A stretch of 64,000 nucleotides of DNA. Origin: Peribolospora baueri (taxonomy: Eukaryota). Below the pieces are notes generated by a model. That model was not told the DNA's origin, made no database searches, and saw only the letters and a program-made list of their open reading frames with translations. Each line of letters begins with the position of its first letter. The stretch's first letter is position 1. The stretch covers positions 248,001 through 312,000 of the forward strand of contig JAMDHS010000011.1 in NCBI GenBank assembly GCA_029717555.1. The letters run 5' to 3'. The position numbers and the translations under genes are program-made. Positions 23,508 through 37,175 of the stretch are shown here, piece after piece.

Positions 23508-26500
23508 ATGGCCACACGCCGCTCCACTTCCTCCAACGGTGACACCGGCGGCGACCATGCCTCTCTTCCCGGCTCCACCACCTCCCGCACCGCCCTCCGC
23601 CGCCGTGGCGCCGGTCCGGGCGGCGCCGCCGGAGCGACGGCGACGGCAGCCGCGACGATGCCCACGTCCGGTCGCCCCTCCGCCGGTGTGGACGGCGCCT
23701 ACGTCCCCGGTCAGCCGATAGGCTACCTCGCCGCGCGTGGGACGCCGTACCAGAAAAAATTCATCGGACGCAAGCTCACGCTGTGCTGCCTCACCGTTGT
23801 CCCCGTCGCCGTCATCATCACCGCCGTCATCACCTTCTTGCCCGTCTTGCACGCCATCGCCTTGCACGCTTTGCATACCTCTGTCCTCCACGTCTATCAG
23901 AGCAACATCACTAGCCCGTTGAATGGCAGCTTCACCCTCACCCTGGAGGGGCAGGTGAGTATTCGGTCTCGAGTGCGACCACGAAGGCTTCACCGATGGA
24001 CGCTTGCTTGCATTCGGAGGACCGCGGCCAAGGCGGATGAATGGTTATTTCCACCGAATGCTCATGATCCGCCCGCCCTGCTCCTACCCTTTCTGCTCCC
24101 CCCCTCCCGCGCGCGCCCCCCAACAGGTCAAGAAGACCGGTATCTTCCCCGCCCACATCTTTTTCCAAGCCCCCATCGACGTCTACTGGGTCACCCCGGA
24201 CACGCTCCAGGAGAAGCACCTCGGCCACTTTGATCTCGACTACCTCGGCGCCGCCGCTGGGCATGCTCGGCTCAAACAGGAGACGACCTTCAACATCGAC
24301 GACCAAGACGCCTTTGGCCAGTTCACAGAGTTCCTCATCACACAGGAGGAATTCACATGGCAGCTCCGTTGCCCCAAGGTGAAGGCCAAGGCGTTTTCCT
24401 TCATCGCTGCCAACGGCCTCACCTTTAAGAAGGACTTTACCACCAAGGGATTCAACAACTTTGAAAACGTCGAGGTCCTTGTGAGTTTGTTTGCCCACCC
24501 ACTCTCCGTCCGTATGTCCCTCTTTTGCGCCGTCGATACTCGCGCACGACTCGCTCACGTCTTCCCATCGTGCGCACTCTATCTGTCCTTCCCCGTAGGA
24601 TTTCCAATTGCCCGGTGATGACCCGGCAGGCGGAGTTTCCCTTTTGGCCACCACTTCCCTCTATAACCCGTCGCCGTTCGGTGTGCAGCTAGGCCGGCTC
24701 GCCGTCGACCTGTACTACGACGGAATGTACCTCGGTCCGGCCGTCGCGAACAATGTCAACATCACCGCGTGAGTTCCCCGCGCGGCGTGGCGCAGAAGCC
24801 GAGCCGTCGGTCCGACGCTGACATGTCGTGTCGTGTCGTGTTCACCTCGCTCGCCCCTACGCAGTGGTCGTAATATCGTCTCGCTTGAAGGACGGCTGGT
24901 GGACCATATTGGCAATCAGACCGAGCTCGACATGACCGGCAAGCTCTTCACGCGATACATCAACAGTGAAGTCACACCCACGATCGCCAGGGGCGTCTCG
25001 GCTACCCTCCTCAACGGCGAACATGTCACCTGGCTCAGTCAAGGTATCAAGGCGCTCAACATTGACGTGCCCTTGAAGCCGCCGGCGCCGATCAACCCGA
25101 TCAAGAGCATCGAAATTGACTACCTCGACATCGCTTACACGCCGAACACCGCTTACGACCCCGTGACCAACTCGAACAGCGTCAAGGCGTACGTCGGCTT
25201 GCCGTTCGGGTTCAGTTTGAACATCACCCAGACCGCCAACCAGTTCGCCATCGTCATGGACAATCAGACGGTCGCCACCCTCAACGGTGCGTTGAGCCAG
25301 TCGGCCACCGCCCTCGACGTCGTCAGCTCGGGCCAGACGGCTGGCACGCTCCATATCACTCTACCCCCGACGCCGCTCCAGGTCGCCGCCGACCCGGCGA
25401 GCCACGCGAGGTTCCAGGATTTCCAGAAGGCGCTCACGCTCACCGACGGCAGCGAGTTTTATCTTAACGGAAGCTCCGTAGCGGTCACCGACACGCCCCT
25501 CGGGCAGGTAGTCCTCGACGGCATTCAGTTCTACGTCCCCAGCGGCCTCCTCGGCCTCAAAGGCCTCGATCAGTACCCTACGCTGATCAACGGCGTCGAC
25601 GTCGTCGGCGGCACTCGCGACTATCTCCAGCTGAGCATCAACACCTCCCTCGTCAACCCGTCCAACCTCAACCTGGCCATCGGCGACTCGACGTTCCAGC
25701 TCTTCAACAACGAGGCCCTGCTCGGCACCGCCACCATGCCCAACCTCAATCTGACCATCGGACGTAACGATATCACCGCCACCTCGACGTTCAACCCCAA
25801 CGAAGGGCCGATCGGCATGCAGATTCTCAACGACTTCGCCTCCGGTCACAACAGCCTGCTTAACATCACCGGTTTCAGCGGCTCGACCAACATCGACTCC
25901 CTCGTCCCTGCACTTGGCTCGCTCGCCCTCAACTCCACCTTGCCAGGCCTTCCGACCAAGCTGGTTAACTACGCCAACTTGACCGTGCTCGACACCACCG
26001 GCGTGACGAACAACATTGCCCACACCGTCGTTGGCCTCGACAACCCCTTCTCCTCCGGTCTGACCGTCACGAGCGTCAACAGCAACATCCACTCTCACGG
26101 CCTCTATGTTGGCAACATCTCCCAGCCGCTCACGTTCAACGCCCCGGGCAAGCAGCTCAACAATATTCCCGGCCTCAACCTCGACATGAACCTCTACCCG
26201 CCAGACATCTTCTCTCTCGTCCGCGCCCTCATGGCCGTGGACGGACAGGACCTGGCGCAGATCGACGGCATCGTGCAGCTCGGCGGGTACAAGCTCACGC
26301 CGAGCACTAACGCCAACTCGGGTCCGGGCCGGCGCCGCGATGTCACCGTGCCTCGCTACGTCCCAGTCGAAGAAGTTGTAGACGGGCAGCAAAAGCCGTC
26401 CTTCATCACCGAGGCCGACGACGATTCGGTTGCCGCGCTTCTTCGCCCCGGAGCCAACTATGGTCCTTTGGGTTCTATGGAGGACATGATGCCCGGCGAG

Positions 26501-29500
26501 CGCGACGAGGCCGAGGCCGACGACGACGACGCGCGTCACCCTCGTTCCGGTTCCGCCGTCCGCCGCGCCGCGCCACCACCGCCCCAGACCAGGGCGCCCG
26601 AGCTACCGCCGGCGAAGCGGAGCAACATTTATACCGGCTACAATCTGCCCAACGCCGTCGATTCGGCCTTCAAGCACCTCCTCATCGATGTCGAGCTCGT
26701 CTCCGGCATCACCATCGGACAGTATGAGACCACGCTGAATATCACCCAGACCGACGTGCCCGTCGGCACCGACCAGTCGCTCAACCTTCTCCTGCCCATC
26801 CTCGCCAAGCCGATCGTGCAGAAGATTGTCGACGGTGCCGTGCTCGGCTTCAACACGATCACCATCACCAACCCGGCGGAGACGTCGTTCGGTACCCAGC
26901 TCGACGGCGCCATCACCAACGCCGGGCCCTTCGACGCCGTCATCACTTTCCCCGAGGGCCTCACCATTTCGTGGGAAGGCAAGCCGCTGGGCCACATCGC
27001 GATGCCCAACGTGTCCTTGGTCGGAGATGTCGGCGCCAAGCTCCAGATGGCCGCCGACTTTGCCGTCGCTGACGTCGCGTACCTCACCAACTTTACCTCC
27101 TACCTCTTGACACAGGAGAGCTTTGTGTGGGAGATCACTGGCGAGAACTTGATCGTGAGCGCGCTTGGCATTGAGGTATCCGGAATTTCCATGACCAAGG
27201 AGGTCATGCTCAAGGGCATGAACGGCTTCAAGAACGGTGTCGTGATCAACTCGTTCGACCTGCCCGCCAACGACCCCGCCGGCGGCATCCACCTCACCCT
27301 CCAGACCACGATCATCAACCCGGCCCAGATCGGCGTCCAGCTCAGCTCGATGGGTTTCCAAAACACCTTCAATTCGACGAACATCGGTCCCGTCGCAGCC
27401 GGAGCGCCCTTCACCCTCTCCGCGCTCTCCAACGTCAGCCTTCCGCTCGTCGGCAGGCTCATTCCGCAGTCGACGCCGCAAGGCCTCGCGGACGTGTCGA
27501 CCATCTTCACCCAGTTCGTCCATGACATCGACTCCAACCTCACCGTGCACGGTGACTACGCTGGACCGCCGAACGTGACGTGGCTCAACGAGGGAATCAA
27601 GTCGCTAGCGATCGATGTCGTGCTGCCGGCTCAAAAGTTCGACGTGATCAAGTCCATCACCCTCAACGTTCTCGACCTCCGCTTCACCGAGCCCACGTCC
27701 TGGGATCCGAGCACGACGTCGGCGAGCACTTCGTCCGCCTTCTACCTCCCCTTCGCCTTCCCGCTCGACATCCAGACCATCAGCGGCCAGTTCATCGCCG
27801 GCTACCACAACACGAACATGGCCGTCCTCAATGTCCCCCAGGTGCCTGCCAAGACCGACGTCGCCGCTCGCACCCTCCAGCTCGCTTTCCAGAACGTGCC
27901 CTTCGAGGTGTACAACGGCCAACACGCTCTCTTCTCGCAGTACCTCGCCGACGTCACTGCTGGCGTGACGAACACGTTCTCGCTCAGTGGCATTGCCAAC
28001 ACGGGCGCCATGACAGCCGTCGGCCTGCTCAACATCTCCGACATCCCCTTCAACGTGCCCACCACCATTCTCGGCCTTCAGAACCTCAACGCCCGGCCGG
28101 CGCAGGTGTCCAACTTGGACGTCCACCACGGCTACCCGACCTATCTCTCCATTCTCCTCGACACTGCTCTTTACAATCCGTCCAACATCACCATCGGCAC
28201 CGGCGACGTCTCCTTCGGCCTCGGCTTCGAGAACCACCCCATCGGCTCGGCTGACATCTCCAACCTCGTCATCGTGCCCGGCGTCAACACCGTCCCGACG
28301 GACGTGCACTACCAACCCGAGGGCGCCAACGTGCCGTTTGGCCAGAAGTGAGCAACGCTGATAGACACGGCCGCAGATGACATTTTGTTCGAGAGGGGCT
28401 CCGCGCGCGATGACTGACGTCTTGGACCCTTTGCTTCGCATTGCGGCAGCTTGTTGGAGAATTACATTCAGGGCGTCATGTCACCGACGGCCATTTCCGG
28501 TACCTCGTCCTCGACGCCGATCGACTCTTTGAAGCAAGCGCTCGGTGGCATCGCTCTCACCGCCGACATTCCGCCGCTGCAGCAGAACCTCATCACTCAG
28601 ACGTCGCTTGAGATGCCCACCGATATCGTCCAGACCGGCATGGCCCACGCCACCTTCAACCTCGGCAACCCGTTCACCGCGACCATCAACATGCTCCAGG
28701 TCATCGCCAATGCTACCTACAATGGCCTCTACCTCGGCCAGATCAACGTCGACCTGTCCGGTCATCCCATCACCGCGCCCGGTCACACGGCCATCACGTC
28801 TCCTTCGCTCGACTTTGCGTTCAACCTCGATCCCAAAGTCATCATCCAGCTCCTCCTCGAGACCTCGACCGCGAACGGCGTCAGTCTCGGTCCCCTGGTT
28901 CCGCTCTTCCAACAGGTGCTCAACATGCCCAACCCGAAGACGGCCATCACCACTACAGTCAGCCCGGACATGTTCCACCCGACCTGCGTCAGCGGACAGC
29001 AGTTCGACGTCTTCGACGCCATCCTCAACTCGTTGAAGAACCTCCATGCCAACCTGTCCATCTCTGCTCAGACCGCCCTGGACGACTACCACACGCCGCT
29101 GACCTTTGTTCAGAACAACGTGCCGACGATCACTGACCAGTCTGCGCTCTACCTCATCGGCGCCGTTGGCGCGCCGATCGTGCAGACGCTCGTGGACAAC
29201 GCTTCGCTCTCGTTCAGCATCGCCAACATCACAGGCGTCACCGACGAAGGTTTCGACGTCTCTCTTCAGGGCCAGCTCACCGGTACCGGTCCCTTCGACG
29301 CCGAGATCGAATTCGTCCAGCCGGTCAACGTCAACTGGAACGGCAAGGATATCGCCCAGATCACCCTACCTCCCGTCTGTGCCGACGCCAACGTGGGCGT
29401 GCCTAACTATGTCACCAAGGGCCACCTGACCATCACCCACATGAGCGACTTTATCGACTTTGCCACCTTTTTGCTCCACAACCCGAGCTTCTCCTGGGTC

Positions 29501-31974
29501 ATCTCCACCAACAAGCTCCGCGTCACCGCCTTGGGCACCATCTTCGACAACGTTTCGCTCACCAAGACCATCTCCTTCGACGCGTTCAACGGCCTGCCCG
29601 GCGTGACCATCAGCAATTTCCAGCTGCCTTCCGATTCGGCCGACGGAACGGGCATCGACATCTCCACCGATTCCCTCATCCCGTCCCCGGCTTCGCTCGG
29701 AATCGAGCTCGGCACGGTCGGCTTCCTGGCCTACTTTGATGGCGTCGAGGTCGGTCCCATCAGCGCCACCAACTTTTTCATGGCCGCCCACACGGTCACC
29801 AACGAGCACCTCACCGGCGAGATCACGCACAAGAGCGGCAGCGAACTCCAGACGATGGGTGTCATGTTCAGCAACTACCTCCACGGTCAGAACCAGACGC
29901 TCCAGGTCGTCGGTCAGTCTGTCACTCCTCCCGGCCAGTCGAGCCCTGTGGGCTGGCTCACGACCGCGTTCAAGACCTTGACGCTTCAGGTCACCTTGCC
30001 CGGTCATATTTACGAGATCGTGAGTCCCCGACTGCCGTCCCGTCGTCTCTTCCCTGCTTCCTCCGCAAACCGGAATTGCTACCCCTCCCTTGCAGATCGA
30101 GAGCATTCAGTTGCAAGACCTCACCGTCCAACTCGAGGTGCCTGCGGACGACTACGACGCGCTCGCGACCAACCAGCGCACGGACATTGTCTTCAAGAAC
30201 CCATTCGGCTTCTCGCTCTCCATCCTCGAGACCGGTGAACAAATCACCATCGTTTTCAACAACATCAACACCGTCCAGCTCAACACGCCCCTGGCCACCG
30301 TCCTTTCCTCGGGCACCTCCACTGGCCAGCCCGCGCCGCTCGCCATCAACTTTGCCAACCAGCGCCTGCAGAGCCTCAACAACGCCAACTATGGCGCCTT
30401 CTTTGCCCAACTTACCGACCAGGCGTCCGCCACGTTCGGTCTCAACGGCGGCGCCGATGTCATCGCCAAGACGCCGATCGGCAACGTGCCCATCCAGGGC
30501 ATTCCGTTCAACGTTACCACCTCGCTCAACGGCATCCAGTCCTTCCAGCACACTGCCAAGCTGTCCAACGTGTCCATCACCGGTGCCGGTCCTGGCGGCT
30601 CGTACCTCTTGGCTCCGCTCACCGTGACGATGGACAACCCAAGCAACTTGACGGTCATCACCAACGAGATCTCCTTGCCAGTCATCTTCAACGGCGTCGA
30701 CGTCGGCCGAGCGCTCATCCCCCAGCTCGACCTCAAGCCGGGCTCCAACTCGGCGCCGAGCGAGTTCCACTACATGCCCGCCAACGCGAACGATACCACG
30801 GCGCAGCTTATGCTCAGCCAGTACCTCATGGAGAACGAGGCGCCGACGGCGCTGACCGTCTCGGGCGCCAACGCCCAAGGCCTATCCCCGTACGGCGCCC
30901 TTGGACCTGCGCTCCAGGGCGTCTCGCTTCAGACTCAGCTCGCTGGCATCAGCGCTCGTCTCGTGACGCACATCAACGTGTATATGAACCTCGACACGGT
31001 CCTTGGCGGTCTTGAGAACATCCTCAACTCGAACCAGCCGGTGACCGTAGAGATCGACTTCGATGTCCAAAATCCGCTCGACGCCGACCTGCAGATCGAG
31101 TTTGTGCAGAACGACTCGGGTCACGATGGCACCATCTACGCCCACTTCGACCAGCCCTTCTCCACCTTCGCCGTCCCCTCTCATGGATCCGCTAACTCTG
31201 GTAGGTTCGGCAACGTCGTCCTCACCAAGGGTCTCCTCGGTTCGCTCGCCGTCATCGGACAGAACTTGGACATTTTCAACGACATCACCAACTCGGTCGG
31301 TGGCGCCGGAGGCTACCGGATCCCGTGGTTGTCGTACAACGAGACCAATGTCCCCACGGCCTACCAAATCTCGGTGAGTCCTCGTTCGAGTTGGCCAGCG
31401 TTCGATTTACACCACGTCACCTGATGCTGTCTTGCTGACTTCGGACGCTCGCGTTCCTCTTCCGGTCTCAGCTGGGCGGCAGCAACATCCCCATCGGCAG
31501 CGTCGCCGGCCTCATCACCGGCGTCGTCGACGGTTTCCATGCCAACAGCACGAGCCAGGTGGTCGGTGCCCTTTCCCAAGTTGTCGGCGGCGCGACGGGT
31601 GTCATCGACGGCATTCTCTCCAACCTCCACCTCGGGCCGACGAACGCGCCCAGCGTCGCCTCGTCTTCCGCCCCTGCCGCCGTGACCAGCGTCACCAGCT
31701 CGGTCGCCAGCCCGGCCAACAGCATCGTCAATCCCGGTGAGTGAAGCGACCGGGGAAAGAGATAGCCGAGGGCCTCCAGCAGACTGTCCCCTGACCTCGT
31801 CTTCCTGCCCCTCCATTCACAGGGACGGGTGCCACGAAGCCCACTACCCCGGCGTCGCCGGCGTCGCCGTCCAGTTCGTCACGCCCCGGCATCCTTCCCA
31901 TCCCCACCAAGCGTGAAGAGACGAAGCCCAAAGCACGAAGAAAGGTGGCCGCGTTGAACGCTCACGAGCTTTGA
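23508..31974 (+). CDS. Very large (~2,550 aa) DUF3712/Tag1-like protein; N-terminal TM anchor plus tandem beta-rich repeats, 8 coding exons
   Basis: Single hydrophobic segment LTLCCLTVVPVAVIITAVITFLPVL. Recurring units 'F.LP..DPAGG...L.T...NPS', 'GPFDA.I.F', 'LPFGFSL' and 'WL..GIK.L...V.L'. Many N-x-S/T sequons and a strong C-ending codon bias. Confidence 0.85.
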
Positions 31975-32825
31975 TCGTCGTCGGTCTCTCTCGTCCCGAA
32001 CTCGTGCCTTTCCTTCCAGTCTAGCTTTTTTCTCTCTGTCCTGTCCTTTTTCTTTCTACTTGCTTCTCCTCCTCCGTCTCACTTCCTTTCCGTCCCAATG
32101 CAGTCGCGCTTGCTCGAGGTTTTCGTCATCTCCTTGCCCGCCTCCTTCGCTCGTTTCTTGGAGAACGCGGACTCTACTGTCCTTTCCATGCCGGGCCTGT
32201 AGGATCAGTTTCTTCTGTAGTCCCCGACTTTTTTTTGGTGTCTTTTTTTTCCCTCATACCGTCGTCTTGTTTGATCCCTGGACCGGAGATGCCACCGACC
32301 CTCGAATCTCCGGCGATCTTCATATCCTCTGCGGATACCACACTCGTTGTTCTCGATCCGCCCATGCTCGGCTCGGTCGGCTTCCGCTTCGCCACCCCTC
32401 CGGTCGCTTCGCTTTCCCCTGGCACTTCGCCCAGTATCTAACGCAACCCCTGCGCCATTGTTTTCATTCTAATTCATCCCTTGAGTCCTCTCGAGCTCGA
32501 AGCTAGCCGTGGACCGCTGAATGACGACGAAGCTGAGAGGTGACCGAATATGATCAAACTGTTGTTGCCGACGATCTGGTCGTCTGGAGGTACCTCACGG
32601 CTGCGTTGGAGCGTCCGCCAATGCTCTCTCACTCCTCCACTCGTCCCGCGACCGACCTGTCGAAGACCCACGTCGTATGAATTTTGTCGCCCACGTCCGT
32701 CTTTCGCCGACTGCGGCCACGCACGTGACTTTTATGAGTGGATGCAAGCGTCGCCCAACCGGCCCACTTAGCTCCCTACCAGTCAAGCCCTCAGACCCAG
32801 AGACAGGCGAACACCCCCGCGCTGA

Positions 32826-35800
32826 ATGACGAAGAAAAAGGGCGGCAAGCGCCCTCACGCTTCTGCCGGCGCCGGCGGTGCATCTCCAGACTGGTCATCT
32901 TACGCCTTCCTCACCTCGCCACCCTGGAACCCGCTTCAACTGCCGTCCGCTGGGGGTGGCGGCCAGGGCGATGCGCCGACCGCCGTCTCATCGCCGGACC
33001 TATCCGCCCTTCGCATAGCGGCCTTTCAAAGTAAGCGTCGCAAAGTCGACAACCAAGACGACCTGGCCACCGCCTCTTCGACAACAGCCCCTTTTATTAT
33101 AACCGCTTCGACATCGGGCGGAACGGTGACATCTCCCGCTCTTTCGGCGTCCGTCAACGCCGCTTCAGCGTCGGTCTCGAAAGATGAGGAAAAGGAAGAA
33201 GGAGAGATCGAGGAAGGAGAGATCAACACTGCTGAGCACGGGTGGAGTGAAAGCTCTATGCCGGTGAACGCGGCAGCTGGCGGCTCAAACAACCCTCCTT
33301 TCCCTTGGCCACACGCGCCGCAAGCCGTCCCCTTCGGCGCGCCGACCAGACCGATGACCAACGCCGAGCGAAAAGCGCAAAAGAGGCTGAAGCAGAAGAA
33401 AAAGGCGCTGCTTGCGTATCGGCAACCACAGCCTTCGTCTTTTCCTCGCCGCCCGACTCCGGCCTCCGCGCATACCGTTAGTATGTCCGGCCCCAGCACA
33501 TCCTCCAATACCGTCGAGATGGATCCTGGTTCGGCTCTCAACCATAGCGTCGATGCCATGTCAACCATCTCGCCGCATGTAGACAAGGGCAAAGGTAAAG
33601 CCAAGGATGATAACCATTTGCCAACCTCACCCTCTTCATTGGCCGGCGCTTCCCTCGACGCATCCACCACACACACGCTCAGCCAGGGTGAGGGTCGGAT
33701 GTGGTCCCGGGCGCGTCCATTTATGAACCAGATCGATGCTTGCCGCGTGTGGTGTGACTTGAGCCGGTGCTGATTCTTAGCTCGTCTCGTCTCCCTGAAC
33801 AGCGGGCCTCGATGAAGCAAAAAAGCTCGTGGCCGAGCTCAACTCGTGCGGCATCCGGCCGGAGTACCTGCTCAAGCAGGGCGTCGATCGTGACATCATC
33901 GTATCTTGCTATACCCAACTCGGTCTCTCCCTGTCCGACGAGTTCTTCGAGGCGGTGGCTAAGCAGGAGAAGGCGGCGTCGACCACAGATCCACACGAAT
34001 CCCGACCTAACCTCGAGCCTGCCGAGCAACCGTCTGCGTCGGCACCCTTCCCACTTCCATCACCCTTTCCATTACCGCCACCCATGATTGAATCCTCTTC
34101 GCCCGAAGGTTCCGCCCCTCCACCTCCATCTAGTCCGCCACCCTCGATCCCGATGCCGCCGGCCTCAGCGCCCGGTTCGCCCAAGACTGTCGCCAAATCG
34201 CCAACGCTAGCAGAGTTGGAAGCTCGTGCGAGAGCAGAGCTCATTACCCGCAATGCCAGGAAGGCTGTGTTGGAGAGCCAGAAAATTAAACGCGAGGAGC
34301 GCATGCGGCAGGAATTGGAGGGCATGCTTGCCGAAGCCCAGGAAGCGGCGGCTGTCGCGAAAAGCCTCGGTGCGGAGCAAGTCGAGGAGGCGGCTTCCTC
34401 TGGTCAAAGCGTCGGCTCGGACGACGACGAGGGACGACATTCCACGTCTTCACGTTCCGAACAGGATATGGATCTCGACTTCGATGGACCTACATACAAG
34501 CAGGTGCTCGGTCGACCTGGCCCGCCCCCAGGGCGGCGGGCTCAGGTCAGCTACGCTGATATACAACCCGATCGTCCTCCCCGCAGGGACAAGGAACGTG
34601 CGAAGCGTCCCGCTCCGCCGCCCATGGGCGATGTGCGCGATTCTGTCCAGGAGGTTATGGCCGAGGTCCTGCCAGACGACGTGGGCGAGCCAAACGGAGG
34701 GCCATCTGCATCGTATGAACAGTCGCTTTTCGCCCCTGGGGTCGTGCCGCCTATGGATGCGCAAACTTATCCATGGTCTTACGAGGATGGTTCGCGTTCT
34801 CTCGCGACTTCTTTCCAGCCGACCTTGCCTCACACGTATTTCCCCGTAGCCGTGCACGCTTATGGGTCATTTCCAGGGTCTTTGGCCTCGTCTGAACTAG
34901 CATCTGCCGCCGCGCCGCCCGCAACGTCACCAGCGGACGCCGACTCCACTCTCACACCCCTACCTCCTGCCTCCGCTCTTCCACCGCTGCCTCCGTCAGT
35001 GCCGACATCTACGCCCACCGGTCCGCCGCGATCTGCACGTCAACGTCCGAAGGCCGCCGATTTCGACTCGGATTTTGCGACGCCTCCGGTCCAAGGCTCC
35101 CAGCAGAGATGGCGCCGACAGCAAAGCTTTTTGCCTTCTGCTCGCTCGCGTTCTTTCGTCATCGACGTCTCAACTGACTCGTCCGTTGATGACGACGAGA
35201 GCGATGAAGAAGATTCCACCGAACGTCTGGCCGATACGGTGGCACGGCAGCTGCACAAGCTCAAGCTCGAACTCCAGAAGCGTACCCCGGCAGACGTTGG
35301 CTTCATTCCTAGACGCAGCGCAACTGCTCCTCTGAGTCCCGTCATCGCAAACGTGAGCACCCTCGCCGTTCAATCTTCGCACGTTAGTTCGACCCAAGCG
35401 CAAAAGGCTGCAGTTGCAGATGCTGAGGCCAAGCGACGGCTGGTCGCCAAAGAGGAGGAGATCAAGCGCATGATGGAGATCATCAAGTCGATGGAGGAGA
35501 AGAAGAAGAAAACGGTCGCTGAATTGGTTAGCGCGACCGGAGATGGAGACACTGGCGTGGAGATGGCAACAACATTCGAGTCGAGCGACGCGGCAGTGTC
35601 CTCAAAGTATGCCAGCTCAGCCCCGGACGAGAAAGACCGGGCCGAGGAGGCCAAGTCAGCGACCCCACTCTCTGTCGCGTCAATATCTTCTTCGAAACCG
35701 GCGTCCCATGGCACCAGTAGGGGCTCCAACGCGATGCGTACCGCCGGCTTGGCAAGCTCGCTATCTCAATTGGAAGCTTCTTTGAAAGCACAGCGAGAGG

Positions 35801-37175
35801 CACTTCTCAAGATCCAGATGGCCAAGACTCCGAATGAGGCCGCCAGTCGCAAGCCCGTCAGCGAAGTCGCCCCGATGGATTCGGATCGAGAGCACAGTCA
35901 GGCCTCGGGTGAGGGAACAACAGCGGGAGTTTGGGCGGGAAGATCGGAAAAGATCGCTCTAAGGCTAAGGAAGTGCCCAACATGCTAACTTTTTCGTGGC
36001 GCCCGCCCTACCGTCTTTCCTACGCTATCTTTTCTTTTCGTCTTAGGCGCGGCGTTTTCTAAAGACACAAAAGCAGAGGACGGAGGGGCAAGCTTTACTT
36101 TCCCGTCTCATGCGTTTTTCTCACGTGCATTCCATTCGCCTTACCAATGGCTCGTCTATTGCTTTTGTCTTCATTCTATGTCTCACTCAGGCCAGCCCAT
36201 CCTTGCCTTCCGTCGACCTTCCTGTCCTGCAGCTCGACTCATTGGCAGCGCCGCCGCAATCAGGAACGATGGCAAGTATCAAGGAGGAAACGACTTGCTT
36301 GAGACGAATTGGAGTTGCGGCTGAGCATCTTACCAACGTCGCTGGCGAACTGGAACGAACGCTGCCGGGTTCCGATTCTATTCTTCTTTCACAGGTCGGT
36401 AGCCGTTTCTCCACCTACGTCTCACCCTTGTCCTTCTACCCTTCCCTTCGGGAGAGCGCCGTTGCCGCGCTGCCTGAGCTCCCTCTCCCCGAGACCAGTC
36501 AGTCGCCGGATGTGCACGAGGATCAAGCTCAAGACCAAGGCAGACTGCAGAGCGAGGATGTCCAGGTGCATATTGACATGCTACATGCGAAGACGAGCGA
36601 GGAGATCGACAAGCAAGGCCGAGTGTGCTCCTTCGAGGTCGGCGGGGGCAAGTGCCACGATCCGAAATGCTCTAGCGTCCACTTCTCAGATTTCGAGCCT
36701 TCAGGTGCGTCTACCTTCTCTTCCACCGGGAGCTATGATACCTCGCTGTCGACCACGCTCGGTCCGTCGTGGTCCGCGAGGCCGCTCACCTCTTGCTCGT
36801 CGGCTGGAGTTTTTCCTTTTTTTATCTTTTCCTCACGCTTCACTTATGTTTCTTCCGTCCTCCATTCCGCTGTCTCTTATTTCTTCTTGCCTTCACCGCA
36901 TTAACGCGTTTGTCCGAACAGATGACGCTATTATTTCGCACTTCATTTCTCGCTTGCAAGCCTCACTAGGTCAAGAAAAGGGGGAGGGGAAGACGAAGGA
37001 GAAGCGAGCCGTGGCGCTTCGCAAGGGCCTGGAAGTGGCGGTGGCCATAGCGAGGAGAGATCCGTCGACGAGGCAGCCCGTCGCGCCAAGGGATCGAAAG
37101 CCGGGCGACACCGCGAGAGCGGTGAAGGCTGCGCTGGAGTTTTGTCGTGTGCAGGAGAGGTCGTCGAGTGCTTGA
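32826..37175 (+). CDS. Red1/ZFC3H1-like scaffold of the nuclear exosome adaptor (MTREC/NURS/PAXT), with C-terminal zf-C3H1
   Basis: N-terminal EEGEIEEGEI, coiled-coil segments (AKRRLVAKEEEIKRMMEIIKSMEEKKKK), FSTYVSPLSFYPSLR, and zinc finger CSFEVGGGKCHDPKCSSVHF. Introns include one GC-AG. Confidence 0.7.

Noticed and set aside
24857..31367. Long minus-strand ORFs (up to 392 aa) opposite the DUF3712 gene
   Set aside because: Expected artefact of strong C-ending codon bias, which depletes antisense stops.
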